Shown: in pieces, positions 62,959-64,000 of the stretch
Layout of the letters: the number at the start of each line of letters is the position of its first letter
Position numbering within the stretch: the first letter of the stretch is position 1
Assembly (NCBI GenBank): GCA_963710375.1
Contig: CAVPZX010000002.1
Span: forward strand, 480,001 to 544,000
DNA length: 64,000 nucleotides
DNA from: Nitrospirota bacterium
Lineage (GTDB): Bacteria; Nitrospirota; Thermodesulfovibrionia; Thermodesulfovibrionales; Dissulfurispiraceae
Direction of reading: 5' to 3'
Position numbers and translations under genes: made by a program
The notes under the pieces: generated by a model
The model's database searches: none
What the model was told of the DNA's origin: nothing
What the model saw: only the letters and a program-made list of their open reading frames with translations

Positions 62959-64000
62959 ATGGTAACAACGTTCGTGTGGGCTGGAAAGACATCTTCAGGC
63001 GCAATCAGAACCGGCGAGATGCCTGCCGGCAGCAAGGATGAACTAATCTCTCTCCTCAAAAAACAGGGAATAATACCGACTTCCATCTCTGAGAAAAAAG
63101 CGGGTCTTAAACTCTTCGGTCACAAAAAACGAAAAATAACCGAGAAGGACCTTGTGATCTTTACCAGGCAATTTTCGACCATGTTCACTGCAGGCATTCC
63201 CATTGTACAGGGCCTTGAAATTTTAGCAAAGCAGATTGAGAACAGATCTATGGGAGAGGTTATAGGCCAAATTAAGAGCGATGTCGAAACCGGCTCAAGC
63301 CTTGCCGATGCCCTGAAAAAACATAAAAACCTTTTTGACGATCTATATGTAAACCTTGTCGCGGCGGGAGAAGTAGGCGGAGTTCTTGACGACGTCCTCC
63401 TGAGACTCGCGGGGTATATTGAAAAAAATATGAAGCTGAAGAAAAAAGTGAAAGGCGCAATGATCTACCCGATTATCGTTATGTCGGTAGCCGTATTGGT
63501 AATCGCTATAATAATGGTATTTGTTATCCCCGTCTTTGCCAAAATTTTTGCCGATATGGGTGCCAAGCTCCCGGCTCCGACAAGGAGCGTTATCTGGCTG
63601 AGCCACTTCCTGGTCGGTATTGGTGGAGTCAGCCTGGGCAGCGGGCTTCTCGCCGGAAGTTTCTTACTTAAACGATGGAGAAAAACCGAGGCCGGACATA
63701 AAAAAACTGACGAGATCATGCTGAAGCTCCCCATCTTTGGTGATTTATTAAAAAAGGTAGCTGTAGCCCGGTTTACAAGGACACTGGGCACGCTTTTGAC
63801 CAGCGGTGTTCCAATCTTGGACGGTCTCGAGATATGCGCCAAATCATCGGGAAACAAGGTCGTCGAAGAAACCGTTATGGGGGTCAGGGGTGATGTCGCC
63901 GCAGGCAAAACGGTTTCCGAGCCCCTTTCACAATCGCCGGTGTTCTCTCCCATGGTCTGCCAGATGATAAGCGTCGGCGAAGCAACAGGCGCACTCGACC
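62959..64000 (+). CDS. pilC: Type IV pilus / type II secretion inner-membrane platform protein PilC (partial, runs off window)
   Basis: FTRQFSTMFTAGIPIVQGL, VETGSSLADAL, AGEVGGVLD, AMIYP, ARFTRTLGTLLTSGVPIL, VGE.TG.L. Confidence 0.92.
   Translation, partial: MVTTFVWAGKTSSGAIRTGEMPAGSKDELISLLKKQGIIPTSISEKKAGLKLFGHKKRKITEKDLVIFTRQFSTMFTAGIPIVQGLEILAKQIENRSMGEVIGQIKSDVETGSSLADALKKHKNLFDDLYVNLVAAGEVGGVLDDVLLRLAGYIEKNMKLKKKVKGAMIYPIIVMSVAVLVIAIIMVFVIPVFAKIFADMGAKLPAPTRSVIWLSHFLVGIGGVSLGSGLLAGSFLLKRWRKTEAGHKKTDEIMLKLPIFGDLLKKVAVARFTRTLGTLLTSGVPILDGLEICAKSSGNKVVEETVMGVRGDVAAGKTVSEPLSQSPVFSPMVCQMISVGEATGALD

Overview
Bacterial chromosomal window from an anaerobe with an outer membrane. Nitrospirota/Thermodesulfovibrionia-like affinity is a tentative inference. 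Positions 1-40.3 kb are housekeeping: amtB 3' end-glnK-GAT-glnB-glnA, glnE, an oligopeptide ABC permease pair, ispG/mltG, groESL and hrcA-grpE-dnaK-dnaJ (each operon with a perfect CIRCE), ODC-speE, tlyA/dxs/ispA, guaBA, hfq, clpS-clpA-aat, smpB and tmRNA. This part also carries several MITE-like elements and many palindromic 6-7-mer repeat arrays. A 7.1-kb element (40289-47403) is integrated in the tmRNA 3' end, bounded by a 26-bp direct repeat. It encodes a HUH rolling-circle Rep, a candidate hairpin plus phiX174-like nick origin, two paralogous small HTH-like proteins and a Zn-ribbon tyrosine integrase. Its cargo is an M.PvuII-like methyltransferase, an HNH nuclease and an EndoIII-like glycosylase. 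The most novel-looking locus is 48.9-56.2 kb: TonB receptor, an unannotated 29-aa Cys-Cys peptide, radical SAM/SPASM maturase, orphan periplasmic binding protein, histidine kinase, LuxR regulator and a second receiver. Three copies of an 18-bp box each lie exactly 20 bp from an extended -10, which suggests an autoregulated modified-peptide (RiPP) signalling circuit. All three frameshifts I found can be repaired at or next to a CAGCTG motif, the probable target of the island methyltransferase. The window ends with sodC, a MacAB-like exporter, an ECF sigma module and partial pilC.
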